64,000 nt of DNA from an uncultured Puniceicoccaceae bacterium (GCA_963933835.1 CAWVVV010000004.1:152782-216781), one strand, 5' to 3'. Positions 29,790-41,039 are shown, numbered from the stretch's first letter. The notes: a model not told the origin generated them from the sequence alone. Numbers and translations are program-made.

Positions 29790-30085
29790 TTCGAAACCTT
29801 GAAGACATCTTTAGGCAATGGGGAGAGCTAAATATAACAAACTGCTTGGCATACATCCCGGATCAGCTGTTTTTGCCCTTAGCAGCCTCGTTGAAGCGTT
29901 AAGTGCGTTTTCCATTCGTCACTTTTCTCTCGACGCGCCTTCGGCAGATATGCACATAAGCAGACAGTGAATTGCACTCAAAACAGCACCCAACTTCGGA
30001 ACAAAGTATCCATTTGGATTCTTTATGCTCCTTCGGCGTGCTCACAAGTGATGTAGCTTTCTTCTAGCAGATTTCACTTTTCCGA

Positions 30086-30118
30086 TGCCCGCCGAGATTT
30101 TCTCTGCGGGCTTTTTTG
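30086..30118 (+). terminator. Terminator-like hairpin just upstream of the DMT transporter
   Basis: GCCCGCCGAGA-tttt-CTCTGCGGGC-TTTTTT ending ~5 nt before the ATG. Confidence 0.65.
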
Positions 30119-30122
30119 TGCC

Positions 30123-31088
30123 ATGAAAACACCCACCGAAACAGTTCAACCCTCCGAAGAACCTGAGCCATCACGTTCAGCCCAGTTTGTCGTCTTTGGA
30201 ATCATCGCCTTAGGGTCGCTCCTCTTTTCCCTCAAAGGTGTCTTTGCGAAGTTGGCCTACAACCATGGCTCGGATCCACTTGAAATCCTCACGCTCCGGA
30301 TGGCATTCGCTTTACCTTTCTTCGCGACAACATGGTTGATCATCGAGCTGCGCAAGGCCGCTGCCCAACCTGCGCAACGGCTCAAGGACATAGCACAACT
30401 CGCCGCCCTTGGTCTCTTGGGCTACTATGCATCCTCGATGCTCGACTTCATCGGCCTACAGTATGTGAGCGCGAGTCTCGAACGCATCATCCTCTACAGC
30501 TATCCAACCATGGTGCTACTGCAGAGCGCTAGGATCTTTCGCCAACGCATCGAGCGCAGTCTCTATTTCGCCTGCCTGCTGACGTGGGCCGGGGTCTCCT
30601 TGTCCTTTTTTGGAGAATCCAGTTTTGAGCATGACACTCCATCTCTCCTCTTGGGAGGTGGGCTCATCCTCCTCTGCGCTTTCACTTATGCGCTCTTTGT
30701 TGTTCTGAGCGGGCGACTCCTCAAGCGCATCTCTTCGCAACATTTCACGAGTGGAGCGATGACGTTCTCAAGCCTCTTCATGTTGTCCCACTTTTCTGCT
30801 ACACGAGGGATTGAGAACCTCTTCACGGCTGCCCCCGAAGTCTTGGGCATCGGATGCTTCCTAGGCATCTGCGGAACAGTGATCCCGGGCTACCTCACTG
30901 CCTACGGCCTCAAGCATACCGGGGCAGCTCGCTTTGCTGTGGTCAGCTCCATCGGACCGGTCATGACTCTTTTCGCGGCCACTTATGTTTTAGGAGAAGT
31001 TCCAACTGTTTTCCACTGGGTTGGACTTGGCCTGACACTTTTTGGTGGACTCTCCGTAGTCCTCAAGAAGAAGCAAGCATCCGACTAA
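30123..31088 (+). CDS. DMT/EamA family transporter
   Basis: About 10 TM segments, two EamA repeats, LGE motif. Confidence 0.92.
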   Translation: MKTPTETVQPSEEPEPSRSAQFVVFGIIALGSLLFSLKGVFAKLAYNHGSDPLEILTLRMAFALPFFATTWLIIELRKAAAQPAQRLKDIAQLAALGLLGYYASSMLDFIGLQYVSASLERIILYSYPTMVLLQSARIFRQRIERSLYFACLLTWAGVSLSFFGESSFEHDTPSLLLGGGLILLCAFTYALFVVLSGRLLKRISSQHFTSGAMTFSSLFMLSHFSATRGIENLFTAAPEVLGIGCFLGICGTVIPGYLTAYGLKHTGAARFAVVSSIGPVMTLFAATYVLGEVPTVFHWVGLGLTLFGGLSVVLKKKQASD

Positions 31089-31114
31089 GGTTTCATCTGG
31101 TTTTGAGATTCGAT

Positions 31115-31744
31115 CTACTCCGACCGGAATGGAATGGTTATCCGAACCCAGACAGAAACAGCCTTACCATCCTTCTCACCAGGGCGGAATAGCCACTTTT
31201 TGACCGCCTTTACTGACGGACCCTCAAAGCCACGATCAGTTGAATTGACGGCACGGACAAGCGTCGTTGTTCCATCAGACCTGACGACAAATTCAACCGT
31301 CACGGAACCTTCAATACCCATTCTCAAATACTCGATCGGATAAATAGGCGGGACCTGCTGAATAGCTTCCGGCGGAACGGTGAGGTCTTTTATTTGATGA
31401 ATGAACTCAGCGAGTTCATCTCCGACGATACCCGTATCCACGACCACTCCACTGCCTGCCATCCCACTCAAATCGAGATTCAGAGCGGTCTCAATAGCGG
31501 TCAGAGACGGCGGCTTAAACTTCTCTTTAGGCGGCGGAATATCAACAACCTCCTTAATAATATTCTCAACAACTGGCGGGTCAAAAGGCGGTGGCGGTGC
31601 AACAACAATACCTGAGTCTACCGGTGAAACTTTTGGCACGACCTTCAGCGATATCATTTGTGCCATTGGAACCACAATAAAGACCGCTATACCGCACCCC
31701 AAGCACCATAGAAGGCTACTTGATTGTATTCGTCTTAGAGACAA
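31115..31744 (-). CDS. Energy transducer TonB
   Basis: N-terminal TM, proline-rich linker, PIYP..GIEGSVTVEFVV..W.F.PG. Confidence 0.88.
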   Translation of the reverse strand: MSLRRIQSSSLLWCLGCGIAVFIVVPMAQMISLKVVPKVSPVDSGIVVAPPPPFDPPVVENIIKEVVDIPPPKEKFKPPSLTAIETALNLDLSGMAGSGVVVDTGIVGDELAEFIHQIKDLTVPPEAIQQVPPIYPIEYLRMGIEGSVTVEFVVRSDGTTTLVRAVNSTDRGFEGPSVKAVKKWLFRPGEKDGKAVSVWVRITIPFRSE

Positions 31745-32000
31745 CAGGAGATAGAAGGCGCATAGGCTAAACTTTATTGAGTTGATGGCTGTTCACCTAA
31801 TCAACGCACCGAGCTCCCGAAATCTTAAGGCCCCAAGCCAAATTAAACCAACATACATTGTATCAATGCATGACTACACACAGAGCAGTCTGAATGGACG
31901 ACCGGCTGGGATTCACATTCCCAAGGAACACGACCACCGCGAATGAGCCTCTTCATTTGAAGACGCCTTGTAACCGATAAAACGGATTCAGGTAACTCTA

Positions 32001-34217
32001 CTAGGGCTTGGAATTGCCTTCGTATTTGAAGACCATCGTGGTGTTACCCGGAACAGTGATCTTCAACGATTGGCTGTGGCTATCCCACGGAATCGGTTCC
32101 GTTTTAACGCCTCCCATGTTTCCAACTCCATTGCCACCATAGACGTCGGCATCGGAGTTAATCACTTCGCTCCAGTAACCTTCGAGTGGAACACCAACGG
32201 TGTAGCCACTACGGATGGATGGGGTGAAATGAGCGACAACGAGGTAAACTTCATTAAACTCGGTGTCTTTACGCAAGAAGGTGAAAACTGAGCTTTCAGA
32301 GTTGTTCATTGAGACCCACTCAAATCCATCAGCTCTCGTATCGCCCCAAGCAAAGAGGCCTGTGCTGGTGTAGAGCTTATTGAGGTCGCGAACGATCCCT
32401 TGAATACCTGAGTGATCCTTATACTCAAGTAGGTTCCATTGGAGTTGCTGGTTATATTGCCACTCTTCGGGCTGACCAAATTCACAGCCCATGAAGAGCG
32501 TCTTTTTGCCAGGCCATACCCACATGAGCGCATAGAGTGCGCGAAGCGTCCCAGCCTTTTCGCTGATCGAGCCAGCGGCCATATTCAAGAGGAGCGAGCC
32601 TTTACCGTGCACAACCTCATCGTGGGAGAAGACCTGGGTGAAGTTCTCCGAGAATTGATAGATTATCCCAAAGGTTAGGTTGTGATGATGGTGCTTCCGG
32701 TAAATGGGATCCTTTTGGAAGTATTGCAGCGTATCGTGCATCCAGCCCATGTTCCACTTGAGGTCGAAACCAAGGCCACCTTCGCTGGTTGGCTTCGTTA
32801 GCTTTGGAAAAGAGGTGCTTTCTTCCGCGATCATCAATGCGCCAGGGTAGTACTGGTGCACAACATCATTGGTCGCTTGGAGGAATGTAATCGCTTCGAG
32901 GTTCTCTCGACCACCGTATTGATTCGGAACCCATTCGCCAGCTTTCCGCGAGTAATCTCGGTAAAGCATCGAAGCCACCGCATCGACGCGCATGCCATCG
33001 ATGTGGTAACGTTCAAACCACGACAACGCACTCGCAATCAGGAAACAGCGCACTTCGTGGCGCCCAAAGTTTGGAATATAGGTACCCCAGTCGAGGTGGA
33101 ACCCTTCTCGCGGATCAGCGTGCTCGTAAAGCGGCGAGCCATCGAACCGAGCGAGCGCAAAGGCGTCGATTGGGAAGTGAGCGGGAACCCAGTCCATGAT
33201 CACGCCGATGCCTTTTTGGTGCAGAACGTCGACGAGGTATTGAAAGTCATCGGGTGCTCCAAAGCGGTGGGTCGGGGCGAAATAACCTGTCACCTGATAA
33301 CCCCAAGAGCCCGAGAACGGGTGTTCGGCGAGAGGCAGGAACTCCACATGGGTGTAGGCCATCTCAAGTAGGTAGGCCGTCAGCTCATCGGCTGCTTCGC
33401 GGTAACTAAGCGGGCGATTGCCATCTTCTTGGCTAAGCTTCCATGAACCCAAGTGGACCTCGTAAATCGACATGGGCTTGTCGAGCGCCTGACGATTCGC
33501 GCGGTCGTCAATCCATGCTTGGTCATTCCATTCATACTGATCGACGCGCTTCAGAATCGAAGCATTGTGCGGAGGCGATTCAAAGTAAGTCGCATAAGGA
33601 TCCGTCTTGAGCAGAAGGTCGCCCGACTCGGTCTTGATCTCAAACTTGTATTTGATCCCTTCGCTGACGCCGGGGATGAAAATCTCCCAAACACCGGAAG
33701 AGCCTAGCGAACGCATCGCATGGTAGCGGCCATCCCATTGATTAAAGTCACCGACGACAGATACGCGCTTCGCGGTCGGAGCCCAGACGGCAAAACTAGC
33801 ACCCTGGACGCCTTCATGATCACGCAGGTGCCCTCCGAGTTTCTTGTAGATGAAGTGGTCGCTGCCTTCATTGAAGAGAAACAGGTCCTCGTCAGAGAGG
33901 GTCGGCAGAAAGCAATACGGGTCGAAGAATTGGCGCACTTCACCCGATGGGTAGGTGACGCGAAGCCGGTATTTAAACGCCTCTTTGCGATCCGCGATAA
34001 AGCCCTCGTAAAGGCCCTTGTCAGCTAGACGCTTGAGCGGCCAACGTTCATCTGTCTCCACATCGACGACCTCACAAGTGTCGCCTCCACTGATGAGCGC
34101 TCGAACAACAACCCCAGCCTTTTTACCTTGTTTCGCCGGATGCATTCCCAGAACTGCATGAGGGCACCAATGATCGGCGTTAATAAGAGTTTTGATTTCG
34201 GAAGATTTTATAATCAC
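32001..34217 (-). CDS. glgB: 1,4-alpha-glucan branching enzyme
   Basis: IYEVHLGSW, SWGYQ, RVDAVASM, AEEST, SHDEVVHGK. Confidence 0.97.
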   Translation of the reverse strand: MIIKSSEIKTLINADHWCPHAVLGMHPAKQGKKAGVVVRALISGGDTCEVVDVETDERWPLKRLADKGLYEGFIADRKEAFKYRLRVTYPSGEVRQFFDPYCFLPTLSDEDLFLFNEGSDHFIYKKLGGHLRDHEGVQGASFAVWAPTAKRVSVVGDFNQWDGRYHAMRSLGSSGVWEIFIPGVSEGIKYKFEIKTESGDLLLKTDPYATYFESPPHNASILKRVDQYEWNDQAWIDDRANRQALDKPMSIYEVHLGSWKLSQEDGNRPLSYREAADELTAYLLEMAYTHVEFLPLAEHPFSGSWGYQVTGYFAPTHRFGAPDDFQYLVDVLHQKGIGVIMDWVPAHFPIDAFALARFDGSPLYEHADPREGFHLDWGTYIPNFGRHEVRCFLIASALSWFERYHIDGMRVDAVASMLYRDYSRKAGEWVPNQYGGRENLEAITFLQATNDVVHQYYPGALMIAEESTSFPKLTKPTSEGGLGFDLKWNMGWMHDTLQYFQKDPIYRKHHHHNLTFGIIYQFSENFTQVFSHDEVVHGKGSLLLNMAAGSISEKAGTLRALYALMWVWPGKKTLFMGCEFGQPEEWQYNQQLQWNLLEYKDHSGIQGIVRDLNKLYTSTGLFAWGDTRADGFEWVSMNNSESSVFTFLRKDTEFNEVYLVVAHFTPSIRSGYTVGVPLEGYWSEVINSDADVYGGNGVGNMGGVKTEPIPWDSHSQSLKITVPGNTTMVFKYEGNSKP

Positions 34218-34327
34218 AGCTAAGTGGTTGGAAAGTTCGAAACTATACACGATTCCCCTTCAACGGGAAGAGAAAATCCTATTGATTTGCTAAAGCCTTT
34301 CGACTCGCCAAAGCCCTTAGAGATGAA

Positions 34328-35770
34328 TTGTTTACACAACATCTGATGGCTTCCCTGTCCCGATGTTTACTGATCAGCTTTAGCTGGGCGTTAGCGCGGT
34401 CTCCGGACTTCGTCGGCGCAGGCCTGTGTTCTACTCTCGGCGTGCTTACCTACACCTTCTCGAGCCGCCGCCACGATATCTTGTCGGCCCTCGACCATGC
34501 CTTTCCGGAAAAGGACATGGCCTGGAAACACCGCATTTGCCGCCTGCATTGCACACGCATGTTCGAGATGTTTCTGATTGTCTTGGCGATGCGTCACTGG
34601 TCGCCAAAGGAAATGAAGGAGCGGCTTAAATTCACCCCTAGTTACAGTGCCTTCTTTGATGGACCGGCAAAGGATCGCCCTAGTGTCCTCTTGCTCACAC
34701 ACGCCTCAACGACCGAAGCCATGGCTGTGCTCCCGGTGACCGGGGCCGGCTTCCCGAAGACGATGGCACTCTACCGCGCGCTCGATAATCCAGCGGCAGA
34801 AACTTTCGTGAAAGAATCCCGCGAATTCGCGGGCAACAGCCTTTATGCACGTCGCGAAGGTCTCCTCAAGGCGAAGAAAGCGCTCCAATCTGGCCGCAAC
34901 GCCGTCGCCATTCTCTTCGATCAAAGCGCAGGACATAGCGGACATCTCAGCCTCCTCTTTGATCGACTCTGCACGACGTCGAATCTAGCCTCCATGCTCA
35001 CCGCCAAAACGAATGCGATCTCCGCCATCTTGTATGTGCGGCGTGACGGTTTTTGGCGGGGAACAATGAGCGTTCGCCAACTCCCAGACACGAACGAACC
35101 GGACCGTCTCCTACGCGCTGCCAACGCTGAGCTCGAGAGCATCCTCCGCGAAAGCGATAGCCAATGCGCCGACTGGTTTTGGGCCCACAAGCGCTGGAAG
35201 GCCACCATCCGAAATGAGAGCATCCTCAATCTCAAAGTCCTCAAAACCTATCTCCCTCAAGAGCTAGAGGCACGCGGGCTCGATAGCCCGCCCCGCACCA
35301 CTCGGATCGCCCTACGCCTTGATCCCCGACTCGAGCTCATACCCTTCGCTCAGACAGTGGCCGACTTCATCCGCCACCAGCGTCCCGACGCACAGGTCTG
35401 GCTGCTCGCCCCGAGTACCCTACCGAAAGACCGCCTACCGGCTCACGACGAGATGTTCACTCTGCCCTCAGAAGCAAAGGAACGTAAAGGCGTGCTCAAA
35501 GCCATCAACGCCGAGCGTTTCCCCGATGCCCTCATCTCGCTCGACCCAAATTTGGATGCCGTCAGTGAAGCAAAGCTCTTTCAGTGCGACTTCCGCGGGG
35601 GCTTCGCTTATTCGGCCCCGGCCAAACGCTCCTTCCATGCTCATCTAGTCATCAACTCTGAGGCGTATTTAAAATCTCCCTACAGCGCCATGATTGATTT
35701 TCTAGAGAAGCTCGGGATCTCTCGCTCCGACACCGAAATACACTTCCTCGCACCCCCACCCCTGGCATGA
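34328..35770 (+). CDS. Lipid A late acyltransferase (LpxL-like) with C-terminal extension
   Basis: H..TE, ILFDQ, WFWAHKRWK; followed by msbA-like gene. Confidence 0.75.
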   Translation: MFTQHLMASLSRCLLISFSWALARSPDFVGAGLCSTLGVLTYTFSSRRHDILSALDHAFPEKDMAWKHRICRLHCTRMFEMFLIVLAMRHWSPKEMKERLKFTPSYSAFFDGPAKDRPSVLLLTHASTTEAMAVLPVTGAGFPKTMALYRALDNPAAETFVKESREFAGNSLYARREGLLKAKKALQSGRNAVAILFDQSAGHSGHLSLLFDRLCTTSNLASMLTAKTNAISAILYVRRDGFWRGTMSVRQLPDTNEPDRLLRAANAELESILRESDSQCADWFWAHKRWKATIRNESILNLKVLKTYLPQELEARGLDSPPRTTRIALRLDPRLELIPFAQTVADFIRHQRPDAQVWLLAPSTLPKDRLPAHDEMFTLPSEAKERKGVLKAINAERFPDALISLDPNLDAVSEAKLFQCDFRGGFAYSAPAKRSFHAHLVINSEAYLKSPYSAMIDFLEKLGISRSDTEIHFLAPPPLA

Positions 35771-37509
35771 AATACCTCCTCCGATACTGGCCCAACTTAA
35801 AAGCCCACCGCGGGCTCCTCGCGCTGGGAATTGCTGCAGGCGTGATCACCGGGCTATCCAGCGGTTTCGGTGCCCCGTTTTACATGAAGGTCGTTTTTGC
35901 CGAAGTCTTTAACGACGCCGAACGCGGCCGTAGCATTCTTAGCATTGTCCTCGTCGCTCTTCAACTACCGGGAATCTTCCTCATCCGCGGAATCGCCGGT
36001 TACTTCAACCAATACTGGATGACGCAGTGTGGCATAGAAGTCCTCCGCTCGATACGCCAAAACGTCTTTGATCATGTGCAACGCCTCCCCTTCGGATTCT
36101 TCGAGAGTCAGCGTTCGGGCGATCTCATCTCCCGCCTCGTCTCAGATACTGAACAAGTCCAGAACGCCGTCATCATCGCGGCGCGTGAAGGCATTCGACA
36201 GCCGGTCACTGCCATCGCGGGCGTAGGAGCACTCATCTACCTCTCCTACACAGAGGGAAACGCTGTCTTCCTCCTTCTCCTCCTCCTTCTCACGCCCCTT
36301 ATTATCCTCCCGGTCTTCTTCATCGGCCGCCACCTCAAGAAGCGTGGGCGCGAAGTTCAAGTCGCCCTCGGCGAAACAACGCAGACCTTTCATGAAAACC
36401 TCCGAGGCATGGTCGAAGTTCGCGCCTTCAATCTTGAGGAACGTCAGAGCACCCGCTTTCGGTCCGTCCTCTCTGGGCACTTCTACTCCTTCATGAAGAT
36501 GACCAAATACGACAAGCTCAACCAGCCCATCATGGAGTTTGTTGCCGTCACGGTCGTCGCCATCTCTTTCGTCTACGCCTACTTCTTTGGCCTCAGTTTC
36601 GACGTCTTCCTCTCCTTTGGCATCGCCCTCTACTTCACTGCCGACGCCGCCAAAAAGACGATGCGTGCGATCAATGATGTGCAAAAGGTCCAAGGCGCCT
36701 CCGATCGCCTGAACGAACTCCTCATCGAGCCCACAGCAGTCGATCAGGCCCCTGCCGACTCCACCGCCGTTTGGCCCGACGTTTCCTCGGGCGAAGTTGA
36801 CTTTAAGGACATCAGCTTTGCTTACAGCGAGAAATCCGTTTTCCGAAACCTCAACGTATCGATCAAGCCCGGCACTTTTTGCGCCCTCGTCGGCCCCAGC
36901 GGCTCCGGGAAAAGCACCTTCATCAAACTACTTACTCGCTTCTACGAACCCCAGCACGGGCACATCGAGATCGACGGCGTTTCGCTCCCTAGCGTATCAG
37001 CGAAATCACTACGCGATCGCATAGCCCTCGTTCCACAAAACCCCGTCCTCTTCGATGCCACCGTCGCAGAGAACATCGCCCTCGCCCGTCCCGACGCCAC
37101 CGCAGAGGAGATCGAAGCGGCCGCGCGCGCCGCCTATGCCCACGACTTTATCAGCGCTGTTCCTGAAGGCTACGACGCCCAAGTTGGAGAAGACGCCATC
37201 CGCCTCTCCGGTGGACAACGCCAACGCCTCGCCCTCGCTCGGGCCTTCCTCAAAGACGCTCCTATTCTCATCCTCGACGAAGCCACCTCAGCCCTCGACG
37301 CTGAGAGTGAAAAGCGCATCCAAGAAGCCCTCATTGAACACGCCCGCGGACGGACTGTCTTTGTCATCGCCCATCGTTTTAGCACGATTCAAAACGCCGA
37401 CCGCATCCTCCTCTTTGAAGAAGGCGACATCACCGCAGACGGCACCCTCGACGAAGTCATGCAACACCCGACTTTCGCCAACCTCTACCAACAGCAGCAG
37501 CTCGGGTAA
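35767..37509 (+). CDS. msbA: MsbA-like ABC transporter (fused TMD-NBD)
   Basis: GPSGSGKS, LSGGQRQR, ILDEATSALD, IAHR; next to the lipid A acyltransferase. Confidence 0.8.
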   Translation: MKYLLRYWPNLKAHRGLLALGIAAGVITGLSSGFGAPFYMKVVFAEVFNDAERGRSILSIVLVALQLPGIFLIRGIAGYFNQYWMTQCGIEVLRSIRQNVFDHVQRLPFGFFESQRSGDLISRLVSDTEQVQNAVIIAAREGIRQPVTAIAGVGALIYLSYTEGNAVFLLLLLLLTPLIILPVFFIGRHLKKRGREVQVALGETTQTFHENLRGMVEVRAFNLEERQSTRFRSVLSGHFYSFMKMTKYDKLNQPIMEFVAVTVVAISFVYAYFFGLSFDVFLSFGIALYFTADAAKKTMRAINDVQKVQGASDRLNELLIEPTAVDQAPADSTAVWPDVSSGEVDFKDISFAYSEKSVFRNLNVSIKPGTFCALVGPSGSGKSTFIKLLTRFYEPQHGHIEIDGVSLPSVSAKSLRDRIALVPQNPVLFDATVAENIALARPDATAEEIEAAARAAYAHDFISAVPEGYDAQVGEDAIRLSGGQRQRLALARAFLKDAPILILDEATSALDAESEKRIQEALIEHARGRTVFVIAHRFSTIQNADRILLFEEGDITADGTLDEVMQHPTFANLYQQQQLG

Positions 37510-37677
37510 CCGCCTTCAGTGCTCAATGCTGAAATTCGAGAATCCATATCGTTAACATGCCGATAGGAAGATTTTCATCGGCTACGTTTCGTAGGCGCTA
37601 GGATCCGCCATATGGACGCTAGGAAATAAAGGCGCAGTTTGGAATTTCGACTTGGTGCGCAGAGACGTATTTCAGCC

Positions 37678-38743
37678 TCAGCCGCCCCATGCCTCGATGA
37701 GGTGCACCATCAGTTCTCTTGCGGTTTGGCGTCTTACGAGTGGCACTCCTTGACCTGCGTAGAGCGCCATGCAGTCCGTATTAGATTGTTCTGTCGCCGC
37801 CTGTTTGATGGGTGTCGTCAGCCAGCTATGCGCAGGAAATGGCAATGGTTCTTGAGCCTCGTTTTCGAAAGAATCAATGAACGCGTTGTTGATAAAACGA
37901 GCGAGGCGGCCGGTATAGGCACGAGAGAGTCGCGTATCGCCTTTGGTGTTTTTGCGCAGCTGTTCCTGATGGGTCGAACTAGCGCCAGACTCTTTACAGG
38001 CTAGAAATGCGGTGCCTATCTGGACTGCGTCAGCTCCTAGTGCTAGCGCAGCTCGCATACCTCGGCCGTCAGTAATCCCTCCTGCCGCTATGATCGGGAT
38101 TTTCACTTGATCTCTGATGGCAGGAATCAGGGCGAAGGAACCAACCAACGAATCTTCTGCTCGTTCAATAAATGAAGGGCGATGACCGCCCGCCTCAAAC
38201 CCTGAAACTAACACAACATCAACCCCAGCGGCTTCTACCATGAGCGCCTCTTCGATCGTCGTGGCCGCACCGACAGTCACGATTCCGCGCTGGCGGCATT
38301 CAGATAAGATTTCTTTTGAGGGTATTCCAAATACAAAGCTAAAGACCTTGGGGCGAGCCCGCAGGACTGCCTCAACCTGACGCTCGTAGAGTGCCTTGCT
38401 TGACGGAATCCATTCCGGAGGTGCGACGCTGAGCTTATCATAAAGGCTCCGGTAACCGGCGGCTCGTTGGCTAAATTCCTTCTGGCTAAGGTCACGCATC
38501 GAGGCGTCATAATCAGACACCCACAGATTGATAGCGAAGGGCTGCGTCGTGTGTGTTCGCATTTCCTCACAAAGTCGCTCGATCGGCTTCCGGCTCCAGC
38601 ATATGGGCACCGTATGAGCCGAGGCCTCCCAAATTGGATACGGTTGAAGCAAGTTCAATGGTGGACAGGCCACCGCCGAACGGACCTTGGATAATTGGAT
38701 ATTGAATACCCAGTAACGTGCTCACTTCACTATCAATGTTCAT
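37678..38743 (-). CDS. Nitronate monooxygenase family flavoprotein, frameshifted near 38587
   Basis: True N-terminus MNID..LGIQYPIIQGPFGGG lies in another frame; EAGGHR, IAAGGI, GTAFL downstream. Confidence 0.85.
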
Positions 38744-38762
38744 AGCTCAATGTCCCCTTGGA

Positions 38763-39236
38763 TTAGGCTGCACCACCAAAGCTGCAGTAGTCGTCTAGAT
38801 CTAAGATGTCGGCCCAACTGCTAACATCGCCACGGTTCTTATTATGGCTGGCCAGTACTTCTAGGAAATACACGCCTGAGTCAGTATGTGGCTCCGGCGC
38901 ACGATGCCCCTGATAGCTCGACCATTGTTCAATCTCCCAGGGAGTCTGGCTGACCGTTGTATTTTCCTTAATCCAATCAAGGAGTTCGCCATCGGACATC
39001 CCGGCTGAAACATGCTTCCGAAGTGCATCGTAATCGATTCCCGTGTAATCGAGAAATTCTCGGTCGATGGTACAATTCGTATGGTATTCGCCGATAAGGC
39101 CGGCGATATCAGCCCGGCACTTGTCCAGCAAGCGCGGCAGGATGGCGTAACCCCCATGACGGACACGAGGGCTGCGAGGTGGGTTAGCGTTTAGGTTAGG
39201 CGCCTTGAAGGCTGTATTTTGAGGTTCGTTTTTCAT
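38763..39236 (-). CDS. DUF5069-like protein
   Basis: PRSPR..GGYAILPRLLDKCRA..GEY..C..D. Confidence 0.75.
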   Translation of the reverse strand: MKNEPQNTAFKAPNLNANPPRSPRVRHGGYAILPRLLDKCRADIAGLIGEYHTNCTIDREFLDYTGIDYDALRKHVSAGMSDGELLDWIKENTTVSQTPWEIEQWSSYQGHRAPEPHTDSGVYFLEVLASHNKNRGDVSSWADILDLDDYCSFGGAA

Positions 39237-39288
39237 AATGTTCTGTCTCTTTTCGTTCTTAGGGTTCACTTCTTAAGGAAGTCGATTA

Positions 39289-39348
39289 GTTACTAAAGTA
39301 AACTTAATACCTTGAAGTAACCATAGAATCGAGTTACGGTTTAGTAAC
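39289..39348. promoter_or_regulatory. Candidate operator repeats for the HxlR regulator
   Basis: GTTAC-N6-GTAAC at 39333-39348 plus related half sites at 39289 and 39317, in a divergent intergenic region. Confidence 0.45.
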
Positions 39349-39367
39349 CTAAGAAAAATCAAAAACC

Positions 39368-39724
39368 ATGGTTCCAAGACGTAAGAAACAGGTCCCCGAT
39401 CCGCCGAATAAGTGTCCTTTAACAGAATGCCTCAGCGTTATTGGCGGAGCTTGGACGCCCAACATAATTTGGTATCTCAGCAAGAATCCGCGACGCTTCA
39501 GCGAACTGAAGAATGACATTGTTGGGATCTCTGCTAAAATGCTAACTGAGCGCCTTAAGCGACTGGTAGCGGACAATGTGGCTTGCCGCACAGTCATGCC
39601 CACATCGCCTCCAACCGTGGAGTATAGTCTGACCGATCTTGGCTACGAACTGAAGCCCGCCATCGAAGCGATCGCCTCCGTGGGTCACCGAATCAAACAA
39701 TACCGCGGTGAGAAGATGGATTGA
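39368..39724 (+). CDS. HxlR/DUF24 winged-helix regulator
   Basis: CP..IGGAW..RRFSEL..GISAKML..PPTVEYSLT. Confidence 0.93.
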   Translation: MVPRRKKQVPDPPNKCPLTECLSVIGGAWTPNIIWYLSKNPRRFSELKNDIVGISAKMLTERLKRLVADNVACRTVMPTSPPTVEYSLTDLGYELKPAIEAIASVGHRIKQYRGEKMD

Positions 39725-40116
39725 AGGAAACCGCTTCCTATCTTTATACCTATCGTATGACTCCTTTTTGCCTCGTTCGACCCCGTTTTACACCATCATC
39801 TAAATGCTGACTTACTCTTCAGATCACAGCCAAGGAATTTCAGAAAATTTCGCAGCATTCAACGCTTAGCCAACGCAGGCCAGTGGCAGATAATGCTATG
39901 ATGCAGAGGGATGAGTGAGAACTCCTATTTGCTCATCACTTGTTGGATGATGATAAGTTTGTCGGTATTTCCAGGAATGTAATAGATTTCCACTACTGCT
40001 GATAATTATCCGATCTCTCCGTTGATTGTTACTCGCACATAGGCATCGAGCAACATCTGCAGGCGTGGGGGCTACAACCTCAATTTACGTAGGACTAGAT
40101 TTTCCGCTTTAGCGAT

Positions 40117-41039
40117 TTACGCTATCGGGAAATAGATTGAAGTCTCGAGAGCGTCTTCCGCGGTCTCGTTCGGGTCGTTATCGTAGACTTCAAACGGATG
40201 CAGCTTCTTTGACTGTTTAAAGACTTTGTTACGGCTTCGCATCATCCCTACACTCCAAGCGTTACCCAAGTGGCGATAAGGCCCGACGTGCCCAATGGCG
40301 TAGCTCTGGTGCGACGGCATCTCGCCGGAAATAAAGTCGGAGGGCAGATCGGATGCATCTCCCGCCACCGGTATGCCGACAGTGTATTTCACGACCCCTT
40401 TCACCCTGTTGAATTTGTGGTAGATCGAGAAAGGCTTCCCACTCGGCTCCGTATTCGAACTCTCGAACCAGTTCGACAGTTTAGTGAGATCTGCGACCAT
40501 CGATTCTCCCATTGCATCGAGCGAACTGGTCGTACGGATAGCGATGTATTTGAATCCTGGAAAGGCTTCTCCACCACGGAAGCAAAGCTTCGATGGGACG
40601 ACGCCTGTCTCGAGGTGATCCTTGAGCATCGTAAGTCCCCGCTGGTAGTCCATCCCGATAAAGGCTGCCATCATCTTCTTCATCCAAAAGAGAAAAACGG
40701 GAGCGATCCATTCATCGTCCAAGTCACACGCGAGCCTGCTTCGGTTGATTCAAAGTGGAATGACACAGCCGAGATCGACTTCCATGGCTTGAGGAAAGTG
40801 AGTTGATACCGAAGCCTTTTAGGGTGGCTCTCTGAGAGGAGCTCCATCTCTCCGCTTCCAACCACAGCACCGTCCCATGAATACGACTTTCCATCAGGCG
40901 CATACACCATCGCGGCTTCAGGTTCGGTAATGAGCCAAGGCGACCACGTTGGCCAGGTGCGAAAATCCCGTACACACGCGTAAGTCTCTTCGATTGGCTT
41001 GGAGATATCTATAGACTTTGAAACAGCAAACTTAGGCAT
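40117..41039 (-). CDS. SRPBCC plus GyrI-like effector-binding protein, frameshifted near 40690
   Basis: W..WSPW SRPBCC domain; +1 base gives GSLPFFLFWMKKMM, continuing to H.GPY..L..AW and E.Y.NDP. Confidence 0.85.

Noticed and set aside
39725..40116. Possible gene remnant in an AT-richer gap
   Set aside because: The frame inspected had multiple stops and no recognisable motif.
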